DNA of 64,000 bases from Nitrosopumilus sp. (GCA_965219345.1 OZ244732.1:1088001-1152000), one strand, 5' to 3'. Counted from the first letter of the stretch, positions 19,257-29,225 are shown. Notes: a model not told the origin generated them from the letters alone. A program made the numbers and translations.

Positions 19257-20633
19257 TTATGAGTTCTTTTTCTTCGATTTGATCTTTATTGTAGATTTTA
19301 ATTTAATTCCTGTTTTTCTATATAATTTAGCTGTACGTAATTTCTCACCTGTTTTTTCTATTTTCTTTTCATACAGGAGAATATCAATTATTGATTTTAC
19401 GGGTTGTCTATTTTCAACCAATCTCTCAGGTAAAATTTTATTCAAACTTGCTTTGTGAAATGCTTTATCTGGCAATTTCTTTAATGATTTTCCTAAATGA
19501 GATTTTGGATCTTTGATGTTTCCTAATTTTATTCTAGTGGTTGGCCTCATGTTTCTTCCCATCACATAACACAAATAATCTCCAGCTTTATTTTTGTAAT
19601 ATACATAAGTGCTTTTGAAACCTCTGATTTCTTTTTCAGATAGTTCTTTGAATTTGAATTTGTAGCCTTTTGGTACTTCAGGTACATCAAGATGTACATC
19701 ATCTTTTTTACCTGATTCTTCCGCATCTGTCCATTTAATTGGATGATACACAGGTATCATGAAATTTGATGAAAGAAATTTTTCATCTAATCTTTTTTGT
19801 GCTAATTTTACATATGGTTTTCTTAAATCAGTTCCAATAAAATTTCTACCAAGTAATTTTGCTATTTTAGTGGTTTGACCACTTCCGTTCATAGGATCTA
19901 ACACTGTATCTTTTTTCTTTGAATATAGTTGGATTAACCTCCATGGAATTTGTTCAGGAAATACTGCAGGATGTTTGATCACACGTGGTGGAACTGGTGT
20001 TATGTCCCATATAGATAATGAGACTTGTCTTTTCATAGCTCTGTTTAATGGAATTTTTTCTGTATTTTTTCTATCTAGAGGAATTTTCCCACCACCTTTT
20101 TCAAGAACTATGATGTACTCGTGCATAATATTTGCTCTATAATAAGTTGGAAACGAGTGTTGTACAAAAACCCCAAATCTATTTCCTGCACCATTTCTAC
20201 CTGCAGTCACTTTATTCCAAATAATCATATCACGTAAATGCCAACCTAATTCCTCTTCATTTTCTTTAACTAATCTAGATATTAACAAACTAGATAGTGG
20301 AATCAATTTTCCATTTACTACTTCATCTCCAATTACAATACAACAAAATCCTCCCGGTTTAGTTACTTTCAAAACTTCAGAAAATATTTGTTCCATCTCA
20401 TCCAAATATTTCTCTGTTGTAGTGCCTACATTTCCTCGAAATGATGATTTCTGAGATTTTTTCTCATTATCTACATGTTGAGAATAATTAATAGCATTTC
20501 TATAAGGTGGAGAAGTAATAGTGAGTGAAACACTTTTAGGTTTGATATATTTGCTTAATTCTTTACTATTTGCTTGAAAAATCTCATTTATTTTATATTT
20601 TTTATTTGTCACGAAATATCTGTCAATTATCAA
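19257..20633 (-). CDS. Site-specific DNA methyltransferase (beta class, SPPY, probably m4C) with C-terminal extension
   Basis: ITSPPY precedes HPAVFP and DPMNGSG; ~150 additional C-terminal residues. Confidence 0.9.
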   Translation of the reverse strand: MIIDRYFVTNKKYKINEIFQANSKELSKYIKPKSVSLTITSPPYRNAINYSQHVDNEKKSQKSSFRGNVGTTTEKYLDEMEQIFSEVLKVTKPGGFCCIVIGDEVVNGKLIPLSSLLISRLVKENEEELGWHLRDMIIWNKVTAGRNGAGNRFGVFVQHSFPTYYRANIMHEYIIVLEKGGGKIPLDRKNTEKIPLNRAMKRQVSLSIWDITPVPPRVIKHPAVFPEQIPWRLIQLYSKKKDTVLDPMNGSGQTTKIAKLLGRNFIGTDLRKPYVKLAQKRLDEKFLSSNFMIPVYHPIKWTDAEESGKKDDVHLDVPEVPKGYKFKFKELSEKEIRGFKSTYVYYKNKAGDYLCYVMGRNMRPTTRIKLGNIKDPKSHLGKSLKKLPDKAFHKASLNKILPERLVENRQPVKSIIDILLYEKKIEKTGEKLRTAKLYRKTGIKLKSTIKIKSKKKNS

Positions 20634-20652
20634 AGCGCTTTAAAACTTTCGT

Positions 20653-21003
20653 TTAGTCCTGTTTTGTTTCAGGTTCATCTACTTTTTTCTGACCTATTTT
20701 TCCAGAAATAATTTCTCGAAGTTCATCATCTGTTTTGTCTTCAACTTTAACTTCAATTGACTTGGCAATAATCTCTAACTTTTCTCGTTCTGTCTCTACA
20801 GGTCCAGAAATTTTTGGTGCTTCTTCTGTTACTTCTTTCATATTGTCTTGAATTTCATTTTTTGCTTTGTTGTATTCATTAACAGCTTTTCCAAGTTTTT
20901 TGGCAACACCAGGTAATTTTCCTGTTCCTAAAATCAAAACTAGTGCAACAAAAACAATAATCATCCATTCGCTTCCAGCTATATTCAATGAATAATCAAG
21001 CAT
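20653..21003 (-). CDS. tatA: Twin-arginine translocase TatA/TatB subunit
   Basis: N-terminal TM with LGTGKLP hinge followed by an amphipathic helix. Confidence 0.85.
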   Translation of the reverse strand: MLDYSLNIAGSEWMIIVFVALVLILGTGKLPGVAKKLGKAVNEYNKAKNEIQDNMKEVTEEAPKISGPVETEREKLEIIAKSIEVKVEDKTDDELREIISGKIGQKKVDEPETKQD

Positions 21004-21133
21004 GTTTTATTATGCTATAATTTGAAATTAAACGTAATGTTCAAGATTTATGCCTAAACGTCACTTTCATCTTTGAATATCAAGTATGAGGACACACTCA
21101 TTGATTTAAAGAAATTCAAAACCATTTAATTTT

Positions 21134-21447
21134 ATGAAGAAAATTGAAGTAATCATTCAACCAGGAAAAAGAGATGCAGTTGTTGCTGCAATCAAACGTA
21201 ATGGCGTTGGTGGTGTAACTATTCATCATGTTCAAGGTCAAGGTGCACAAGATCTCCTTTAGTTGGTCAATACTTCAGTAGAGATATGATCATCTGTGTT
21301 GTAGGTGATCCTAAACTTAATGATGTCTTGGGTTCAATTGCAGGTGTTGCTTGCACTGGAGCTAAAGGTGATGGTAAAGTCTTTGTCACCACAGTTGATG
21401 ATGCTCTTGATATATGCACCAAAAAACGTGGAACCACATCTATCTAA
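21134..21447 (+). pseudogene. glnB: P-II nitrogen regulatory protein, 1-bp deletion
   Basis: MKKIEVIIQP...GVGGVT..VQGQG, premature TAG at 21260-21262; the next frame continues ...ACTGAKGDGKVFV...DICTKKRG; span is 314 bp. Confidence 0.88.
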
Positions 21448-22598
21448 TTTTGAATTCTTTGTGGTTCTAGTTTCTTTCTAGACATTATAGCAAGAAGCGT
21501 GACTCCTATTCCTATTACACAAAATACCAAATACGGTGTTTCATCTCCAAATGATTGTGTGATTGGACCTCCAATGGTTGGTCCTATTGCCCAACCAATT
21601 CCAAAAACTGTTTCATATGCACCAATTATTTTTCCTGAAATTGCCTTTCGAGTTTTACTCAAAATTATCTCTAAGGTCAATGGGAAGAATATACTAAATC
21701 CAAATCCCATTAGAACAAGTGCAATTGCAAAAGTAATGATTGAATCTGCAACAACTGATACTGCTAATCCTGCTGATACTGCAATCGTTGCAGCAATCAA
21801 AGTCTGACTTGTTTTTCTTGCAAACTTTCCTGCTAATGCGAGTGATACAACTCGTGATATTCCAAAAACAAAATACAATAGCAAAATAGCTGTAGCATCC
21901 ATCCCATTGTCATTTAGAAATGCTGGGTATATTGTGAGAATTATCCCAAAAGAAGATGTGCAGAAAATCAATAAAATTATCACTTCTGGAAATTTTTTCA
22001 TTTCCTTAATTGATGAAAAAGAGAATCGTTCGTGATTAGTTCTAACCCTTTTTCTTGATATTATTAATGCAGACATTATTGCAGTAGCTAGAATAAATGC
22101 CGTAATTTGGAACAGAATTCTGTAGGTAATATCCAGACCCTCCAGGAATACTGTGCCAAGTAATGGACCTACCATAAATCCAATAACAAAAAACATTGTG
22201 AACCAGGAGATGTTTTTGACTCTGTTTTTCTCAGTACTTTCGTTAGCAATAATGGATTGACAAGGCGGCCAAAAAAATGCATGAGCCACTCCTGTCATTA
22301 TTCTAAATCCCATAATTTCTGGAACTGATTGTGCTATTGATAGAAGATAGATTGATGCAGAATTGATAGCAGCTCCTAATGCAAGTAGATACCCGCTGTT
22401 AAATCTGTCAAGAAGAATTCCTACAAAAAGTGGAATGAACATGTAGGGGATAAAATTACTTAATCCAATTAATCCAAGTTCGGAATACGTGGCACCAATA
22501 ACGTTCTTTGCAAAAATGGGTAGAATTGGTCCATGTAATCCATATGAAATTCCTATGATTAAAGCAGTAATGTTGACTAGTATCAGGACTCTGTTCAT
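21444..22598 (-). CDS. MFS transporter
   Basis: About 12 TM segments; GILLDRF loop motif. Confidence 0.9.
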   Translation of the reverse strand: MNRVLILVNITALIIGISYGLHGPILPIFAKNVIGATYSELGLIGLSNFIPYMFIPLFVGILLDRFNSGYLLALGAAINSASIYLLSIAQSVPEIMGFRIMTGVAHAFFWPPCQSIIANESTEKNRVKNISWFTMFFVIGFMVGPLLGTVFLEGLDITYRILFQITAFILATAIMSALIISRKRVRTNHERFSFSSIKEMKKFPEVIILLIFCTSSFGIILTIYPAFLNDNGMDATAILLLYFVFGISRVVSLALAGKFARKTSQTLIAATIAVSAGLAVSVVADSIITFAIALVLMGFGFSIFFPLTLEIILSKTRKAISGKIIGAYETVFGIGWAIGPTIGGPITQSFGDETPYLVFCVIGIGVTLLAIMSRKKLEPQRIQN

Positions 22599-23287
22599 TT
22601 GTATGCTGCAACCATTATTGCTCCGCCCATAAGATCTTTCTCAAATTCTACTCTAGAAAATTTTTCTAGTAACAATCCCTCGAGCTTTTTGTTTTGAGGC
22701 CATCTTTTGAATGTGCCATACAATGTTCCAAACTTTAATCCAAGTCTTCCTCCTGCAATAAATGCAAGAATGGGAAGAATACATCTTAGATAAAATGAAA
22801 CTCCTGCTCTGATGAATGCCTCATCTGGTTTTCCTAAATCAACAATTACAAATCTACCATCTTTTTTCAACACTCGATGAATTTCAGAAATTGCAATTCT
22901 CAAATTGATTGCATCTCTCAATGAGTATCCACACAAAACTGCATCAAACTCTTCTTCTCTAAATGGAATGTGTTCAAAAACTCCGTTTGCCATGTCTGGT
23001 GGTTTTTCAAAATGAGTGCTTGTGTTTTTGAGCATAGGAACTAAAGGATCATAAAGTGTAACTGAAATTTTTCCATCAGTCTGTTTTAGTGCAGTCTTTG
23101 ACATGTTGCCAAAACCAGAGCCTGCATCTAGAATTTTGTTACCTGGAAACACTCGTTGTGAGATTCCGTGACTTCTATGTTCCACATCTTTACCAAGTGA
23201 AATGATAGAATTTACTTTATCATAAACGGGAATAATCTCCCGAAGTACTTCCATTACTTCTCCCCAATAGCTTCCTAAACCACTCAT
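22595..23287 (-). CDS. UbiE/MenG-like methyltransferase
   Basis: YDKVNSIISLG, DAGSGFG, EIHRVLKKDG. Confidence 0.85.
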   Translation of the reverse strand: MSGLGSYWGEVMEVLREIIPVYDKVNSIISLGKDVEHRSHGISQRVFPGNKILDAGSGFGNMSKTALKQTDGKISVTLYDPLVPMLKNTSTHFEKPPDMANGVFEHIPFREEEFDAVLCGYSLRDAINLRIAISEIHRVLKKDGRFVIVDLGKPDEAFIRAGVSFYLRCILPILAFIAGGRLGLKFGTLYGTFKRWPQNKKLEGLLLEKFSRVEFEKDLMGGAIMVAAYK

Positions 23288-23420
23288 AATCTATCGTCTC
23301 TGTATACTTTTTGAATAGTTTTCAAATACCTTCGGTTTTGTCCGATTTTATAATCATAATAGTATTGTTTATTCATTTCAAGATGTCCTATTCTGTCAAT
23401 AGGATAAACACAATAAAAAT

Positions 23421-24260
23421 TCACATCACGGGTATTATTTTTTTATTTGCTAATTTTGAAGCCTCATTCTTTAAACATAATTCTGCAAAAGCAATTTCAT
23501 CATAATTGACTTTTTTCATACCATTACACCTTTTAATTTCAGGATATTCACTGTATAGTTTATTGTTGATGGTACGCCCTCCTGATTTTGGTCTAAATCC
23601 TCCCCACTGTTTGAAAAATACTGAAACTTTTTGTTTTTTACATTGTTTAATTATGTCCAAAATCCATTCTTTTTCTACAGATCTGTACTTAGGCCCACTT
23701 TCACCACCAATTATTGCCCAGTCTATTCCTTTAAGACTAATTTTTCCTACTGGTCCAATTAATGGCTCAAAACTTATGAAACGTGTACGACATTTCACTT
23801 TACGTAACTCATTAATTCTAAAAACACAATCTTGATTTTCAACACTTACGCCCATCCAAATATAATTTGGAATTTTATGTCCAAAATACTTTATAAAAAG
23901 ATTAGAAAATTCTACCATTCGTTGTGGGCGTTTAGTTAAAATTTGATAATCGTGTTGATCGGCCTGAATCATTGTGTGGAAACAACGGCCGACAAATTCG
24001 AATGATGATTTTTCGTGAAATAAATCGGACATACTATTTACAAAAATCTTCTTTGATTTTTTCCAATTCAATGGAATATCGACATCCGAAGGATGTTGAA
24101 CAAATTTAAATCCTTTTTTGTATTTTTTTAATTTCATTCGATGTAGACGATTGGATAATTTTTCAGCATAACAATTCTTACATCCGGGTGAAATTTTAGT
24201 ACAGCCCGTTGATGGATTCCATGTTGCTTCTGTCCATTCAATGGCAGAGTTTGTTGCCAT
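23421..24260 (-). CDS. DUF5131 (phage Gp37/Gp68) radical SAM-like protein
   Basis: SAIEWTEATWNP, GCTKISPGCKNCYA (CX6CXXC), FVNSMSDLFH, QILTKR, SFEPL, GGESG, FFKQWG. Confidence 0.95.
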   Translation of the reverse strand: MATNSAIEWTEATWNPSTGCTKISPGCKNCYAEKLSNRLHRMKLKKYKKGFKFVQHPSDVDIPLNWKKSKKIFVNSMSDLFHEKSSFEFVGRCFHTMIQADQHDYQILTKRPQRMVEFSNLFIKYFGHKIPNYIWMGVSVENQDCVFRINELRKVKCRTRFISFEPLIGPVGKISLKGIDWAIIGGESGPKYRSVEKEWILDIIKQCKKQKVSVFFKQWGGFRPKSGGRTINNKLYSEYPEIKRCNGMKKVNYDEIAFAELCLKNEASKLANKKIIPVM

Positions 24261-24353
24261 GTTATCCGATCTATATTGATATGTTAAAAGGTTTCATGGT
24301 GCAAAAATATTTGATAAATGGCTGATTATGTTTTTTAATTTCTTATTATAATA

Positions 24354-25304
24354 TTGTACAATAGTAGAATGATGGTAACGAAAATTGATCCTTATGACTG
24401 GGTTAAAGAGAGAATCACATATTTGGTTCGAAAAATTGAACCTGTAAAAAAAGATGGTAAAATCGTTTCTCCCGGAAAAATCTGGTCTATTAAGAAAGTA
24501 TTAGCACTTGATTATTACATTGTATCAACACATGCAATTTACAGAAAAAATTTTGAATATTGGTATTTTGTAGATACTCATTGTGGTTCAGGTATGATAG
24601 GTTTTGATGAAAAACCTTTGGATAATGAAAAATTTCCCGGTTCTCCATTAATTGCAACATTGAGAAATTCAAATAATCCTTTTTCCGATTATTTTCTTTC
24701 AGATACTTCTGAGGAATCAATTAATGCGTTAAAAAACAGATTGTCGAAACTCAAAGATTATGTTGGAAATCGAACTTATTCTCCAGAAGTAAGATCTTTT
24801 TCAGAAACTGCAGAAATAATTAAAAATAAAGATGCTTGGGGTAATATTTTTCTAATTTTTATTGATCCTGCTGGATTTAAAGATCTTCAATGGAAAGATC
24901 TTGAAAAATTACTGTCTATTGATAAGGCAGATATTTTCATTACTTTCATGAGTTATGGTGTGGCACTAAATCGTCCACATGCACATGAAAAAGAAGAAAG
25001 TGGAAAAATTTTTGATAATGTATTTGGAACTCCTGATTGGAGAAAGTGTAACAACCAAGATGAATTAGTAGATTTGTACATCCGTCAAATTAAAACTAAA
25101 AAAGAATATGTTGAAAATATTCCTATTTTTAGAGCAGGTGAAAATAAATTGTATGACCTAATTTTTGCGTCTAGTAATCCTACTGGTGCCGGTAGTGTAA
25201 TGACGTACATTAAAGGAATTATCGACAACGTGACCACCGAATTGATTGAAGAGGCACTAAAAGTTGCAACCGACAATAAAGAAGATTTGGATAAATGGCT
25301 CTAA
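24354..25304 (+). CDS. tcmP: Three-Cys-motif partner protein TcmP (methyltransferase-like fold)
   Basis: WSIKK..L.YY, VDTHCGSG, GSPL, FIDPAG, FGTPDW, LYDLIFAS; adjacent to DUF5131. Confidence 0.88.
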   Translation: MYNSRMMVTKIDPYDWVKERITYLVRKIEPVKKDGKIVSPGKIWSIKKVLALDYYIVSTHAIYRKNFEYWYFVDTHCGSGMIGFDEKPLDNEKFPGSPLIATLRNSNNPFSDYFLSDTSEESINALKNRLSKLKDYVGNRTYSPEVRSFSETAEIIKNKDAWGNIFLIFIDPAGFKDLQWKDLEKLLSIDKADIFITFMSYGVALNRPHAHEKEESGKIFDNVFGTPDWRKCNNQDELVDLYIRQIKTKKEYVENIPIFRAGENKLYDLIFASSNPTGAGSVMTYIKGIIDNVTTELIEEALKVATDNKEDLDKWL

Positions 25305-25367
25305 AAATACTCTTTTGAATATTATTCTAAAGAAAACTATGTGGTCTTGTTTTCAAATCAAAAACTT

Positions 25368-26093
25368 CTATTCTGCAGCAAACTTTGATGCATTTTGAGA
25401 ATAATTCTTTAAATCAGATTCAGAAACTTTCTCGAAAACTTTTGCTTCAGTTGTAATCTTTGCCATTTTAACGTCACTGACTCCATCCTTTTGTTCATCT
25501 TTTAGATTAATTGCAGCAATAGCTAAAGATGTTGCATCATCTATGCTCATATCTGAATTGTAATGTTTTTCCAAAAATGCGTTTACATCGTCAGAACCTG
25601 CTCCAATTGCAATTGCTGCATATTGCACATAAGTTCCACTAGGATCAGTCACATAGATTGATTCTCCTTTTTGATCAATACCAGCAATTATCAAGGAAAC
25701 TCCATTTGGACGTACTCCGGAATATTGTGTAAATTGATGGGACTGATCTGCTAAATGTTTGGCAACTGTTCCGACTTCAACAGACTCATCGTATGTCATT
25801 CTATTTCCTTGTGAAAAGAATCTTGCACTATCTACCTGAATTCGTGCATCTGGGATATACCCTGCAGCGGCCACTCCGATATGAAAATCTACCTGGAAAA
25901 TCTTTTGTGTGATATCTGTACTCTGTAATGTTCTAGCTTTTTCCTCTACTGCCATGATAACTCCTTCTTTACTGCATATGCCAATTGCTAAAGTTCCTCT
26001 TTTTACCGTCTCCATGGCATATTCGACTTGGTATATTCTGCCATCTGGAGAATACATGGTAGGAGTCATATCGTAGCCGCGTGATGCCATCAT
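25368..26093 (-). CDS. psmA: Proteasome alpha subunit
   Basis: GYD..PTMYSPDGRIYQVEYA signature. Confidence 0.96.
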   Translation of the reverse strand: MMASRGYDMTPTMYSPDGRIYQVEYAMETVKRGTLAIGICSKEGVIMAVEEKARTLQSTDITQKIFQVDFHIGVAAAGYIPDARIQVDSARFFSQGNRMTYDESVEVGTVAKHLADQSHQFTQYSGVRPNGVSLIIAGIDQKGESIYVTDPSGTYVQYAAIAIGAGSDDVNAFLEKHYNSDMSIDDATSLAIAAINLKDEQKDGVSDVKMAKITTEAKVFEKVSESDLKNYSQNASKFAAE

Positions 26094-26194
26094 GATATCA
26101 CGAGTCCATTCTCAGTCAATTTAAGGGTAATTGTCAATGTGGAAAAGATCTGGACATAGAGTTTTAAGCAAAACTGGCTTATTTTCCTTAAGGC

Positions 26195-26578
26195 ATGACT
26201 AATCAGCTCCTGGAATTCAAAAAAATTCTTAGATCAAAACAAGTTTCAACGCAAAGAAAACCAGACAAGCAGACGAGAAAGCTATTGCTTTACTTGTTTA
26301 CAAGTACTAGGGGTGGACTTGCCAGATTGCGTATTGTTATGCATTTGCTTGATCAACCATACAATACCCATCAACTAACCAAAGTACTTGGTCTTGATTA
26401 CAAAGCAGTTCAACACCACATGAAAGTTCTGGAGAAAAATAACATGGTTTCAAAAATTGGTGAAAAGTACGGAGCAATTTTTCACTTGTCAAACTTCCTT
26501 GAGATTAATATTAGCACACTTGATGAAGCAATAGACAAACTAGATAGAAAACTGAATCACAAAAAAGTTTACATATAA
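26195..26578 (+). CDS. ArsR-like winged-helix regulator
   Basis: STRGG..RLRI, NTHQL, LDYKAVQHHMKVLEKNN, KYG. Confidence 0.85.
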   Translation: MTNQLLEFKKILRSKQVSTQRKPDKQTRKLLLYLFTSTRGGLARLRIVMHLLDQPYNTHQLTKVLGLDYKAVQHHMKVLEKNNMVSKIGEKYGAIFHLSNFLEINISTLDEAIDKLDRKLNHKKVYI

Positions 26579-26643
26579 ACAATCTTTTTGCGATCTGAAA
26601 TTTTACATTAAACTTAAATTAATGAGTCATTTAAAAAATACCC

Positions 26644-27918
26644 TTGGTCAAGCATGATCCCTTTGTAAATGCAACAAAGCAGGTCAATGATGCATGTGAT
26701 ATTCTTGGCATTAAAGATAAGGGATTGCGTGAATATCTTGCGATACCAAACAAAGTTTTGAGAGTAAAGATTCCAGTAAAAATGGACAATGGAAAAATTA
26801 GGGTGTTTACGGGTTTCAGAAGTCAACATAACAATGACAGAGGTCCATACAAAGGCGGCATTCGTTACTTTAATCCGGAAGGTGGAGTCGAGTATATGGA
26901 ACGTGAAGTTATGGCACTTTCTTCTTGGATGACATGGAAATGTGCAATTGTTGATATTCCGTTAGGTGGAGGCAAAGGTGGAATCTATGTTAATCCCAAA
27001 ACAGAAAAAATTAGTGATGCAGAACTAGAAAGACTAACCAGAGGATTTGCATACAAAATTTTTGAAATTATAGGACCTGAAAAAGACATTCCAGCTCCTG
27101 ATGTTTACACAACGGGTAGAGAAATGACACAAATCATGGATACATTTAGCAAGCTAAACAACAACAAACATTCTCCAGGTGTAATCACTGGAAAACCAAT
27201 TTCAATGGGAGGCTCCCTTGCAAGAAATGTTGCCACTGGACTAGGAGCTGCATACTGTGTAAGGGAAGCGGCAAAAACACTGAAACTGAACCTAAAAGGC
27301 GCCAAAGTAGTTTTACAGGGATTTGGAAACGCATCAACATTCGCAGGTGAATATCTGGAAAAGATGGGTGCAAAAGTTATTGGAGTAAGTGACTCTAAAG
27401 GCTCAATTTCAATCCCAAACGGTGCAAAGGTTAGTAAAATCTTAGAGCACAAACAAAAGAAAGGATCCGTTGTTGGATTTCCTGGAAGTAAAAAAATCTC
27501 AACTGAACAGTTACTTACTACTGAATGTGATATTTTAGTTCCTGGTGCACTCGAAAATCAAATCAATGCAAAGATTGCCAAGAATCTTAAATGTAAAATT
27601 ATTGCCGAAGCTGCAAACGGTCCAACATTACCAGAAGCTGATCCAATTATTTACAAAAAGAAAATTTTGATAATTCCTGATATTTTGGCCAATTCTGGCG
27701 GTGTTTGTATTTCCTATCTGGAATGGGTACAAAACAACATGGGTTACTATTGGACATTTGATGAGGTTGCAAACAAGATGGAGAAAAATATCACAAAAGG
27801 ATTCAAAGATGCCTATGCCCTTACAAGGAAGCACAAAATAGACATGAGAAAAGCTACTATGGCTTTGGCCGTTGAAAGAGTAGTAGAAGCCTTTAATCAA
27901 AAAGGAATCTGGCCTTAG
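26644..27918 (+). CDS. gdhA: Glutamate dehydrogenase
   Basis: GPYKGGIR, GGGKGG, DIPAPD, QGFGN, EAANGP, SYLEW. Confidence 0.95.
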   Translation: MVKHDPFVNATKQVNDACDILGIKDKGLREYLAIPNKVLRVKIPVKMDNGKIRVFTGFRSQHNNDRGPYKGGIRYFNPEGGVEYMEREVMALSSWMTWKCAIVDIPLGGGKGGIYVNPKTEKISDAELERLTRGFAYKIFEIIGPEKDIPAPDVYTTGREMTQIMDTFSKLNNNKHSPGVITGKPISMGGSLARNVATGLGAAYCVREAAKTLKLNLKGAKVVLQGFGNASTFAGEYLEKMGAKVIGVSDSKGSISIPNGAKVSKILEHKQKKGSVVGFPGSKKISTEQLLTTECDILVPGALENQINAKIAKNLKCKIIAEAANGPTLPEADPIIYKKKILIIPDILANSGGVCISYLEWVQNNMGYYWTFDEVANKMEKNITKGFKDAYALTRKHKIDMRKATMALAVERVVEAFNQKGIWP

Positions 27919-28292
27919 GCTAGATAAGATTCGCAAGAAACTGGTTGTTCAATAAACATTATTTTGCCCTTTGTTATTTCTCGAAGCTTTCCTTTGTAAG
28001 AGGGATTTACTTTAGTTCTTCTTTGCAATAATTGAACTGTTTTTCCAGTTAGTTTTCTTCCTTTTTTATCTCTGTCAAAAAGAATGATCAATCTTTTATA
28101 CTTTGAAACTGAATCAGTAAAGCCAATCATTCCTCCAAATTTATGAAATTCTGATACTTTGCCATAGTAACCAAGTTTTCTTAATGCAATTGCATCTCTT
28201 TTCCCCTCAACTACTATTACGCTATCTTTCATAGTGTTTAATTGAAAAATGAAATCCTTTAATTCAGTAATTTCTTGTTCTGTAACAAACAC
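27915..28292 (-). CDS. Small Toprim-domain protein
   Basis: VVEGKRD...FDRDKKG. Confidence 0.85.
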   Translation of the reverse strand: MFVTEQEITELKDFIFQLNTMKDSVIVVEGKRDAIALRKLGYYGKVSEFHKFGGMIGFTDSVSKYKRLIILFDRDKKGRKLTGKTVQLLQRRTKVNPSYKGKLREITKGKIMFIEQPVSCESYLA

Positions 28293-28313
28293 GCCATTTG
28301 ATTCACTTTAACA

Positions 28314-29225
28314 TATTAAACTCCCGCTATAGCTGGTGTTTAAAAGATTTTTATATTTTTTATGACTAAATAAAATCCCAAAATATTGACAGTCACCTGT
28401 GCTTAATATACTAAAATCTGTTGTAATGCATTTTAGAATTAATCTATGACATTATCCATGATGCATCAAAAATTATTATACTTGATGTTTATTTTAGATC
28501 CTCAAAAAATTCTTTATCCTAAACATTACTAACTATATTTGCTAGCTATTTTTCTTAGAATTGCAACGGATTGACTTTCAGTAACTACAAAATTATCTCC
28601 AATAGTAAATGTCTTTAACTTTGGCTTATCCATTAATTTAAGTATCTCATACCGCAATAAAAACTTGTCATGGCCAAACACGGGGATTTACAAAAAAAAA
28701 AAAATTGTTGAAAACAATTGGATATTTTTATCCCTGCAATAAAATATGTGACAATCAAGGCAAATTTGAATTTAGAATTCAAATCAGTCCGTTCAAATCT
28801 CAACTTGCATACCTTCTTATAGAAAAATTCAAGTCTATAGACGCCTTTAGATTAGTCTGCGTGATCCGTACCACTCCTAAAATTCAAGATATCCTAAAAA
28901 AAGCATCTAGTGAAGATCGAATCCAAATAGAATATCAATTTGAAGACGTATATCTAAAATATAAAGCAGAATTAATTTTCGCTAATGATGATGCATCACT
29001 TCAAAGCATAAGAGTTCTACTAACTCAAAATCTATCTCTTCAAGAAGTGTTAGATTCTGTCAGAGATAATATTTTGCTTGTTAAGGATGTAGCAAGACTT
29101 TTGATAGCAATGGATGGCTCTACACAATCTGCTGAATTAGATGATAACAATACGATGTTTCAATAACTCTAAAACACTTATAAAAACTGTTTTTTGAATT
29201 TATCTTGTATTAAATTCCCGCTATA
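28314..29225. repeat. 18-bp direct repeat TATTAAAYTCCCGCTATA (28314..28331, 29208..29225) bounding an AT-rich insert
   Basis: 17/18 identity, read directly from the sequence. Confidence 0.7.
28705..29166 (+). CDS. Hypothetical protein, possibly 5'-truncated
   Basis: 153-aa ORF with TTG start immediately after a long poly-A run, inside the direct-repeat-bounded insert. Confidence 0.5.
   Translation: MLKTIGYFYPCNKICDNQGKFEFRIQISPFKSQLAYLLIEKFKSIDAFRLVCVIRTTPKIQDILKKASSEDRIQIEYQFEDVYLKYKAELIFANDDASLQSIRVLLTQNLSLQEVLDSVRDNILLVKDVARLLIAMDGSTQSAELDDNNTMFQ

Noticed and set aside
24313-25300. 11-bp repeat GATAAATGGCT upstream of and at the end of tcmP
   Set aside because: Too short and AT-rich to distinguish from chance
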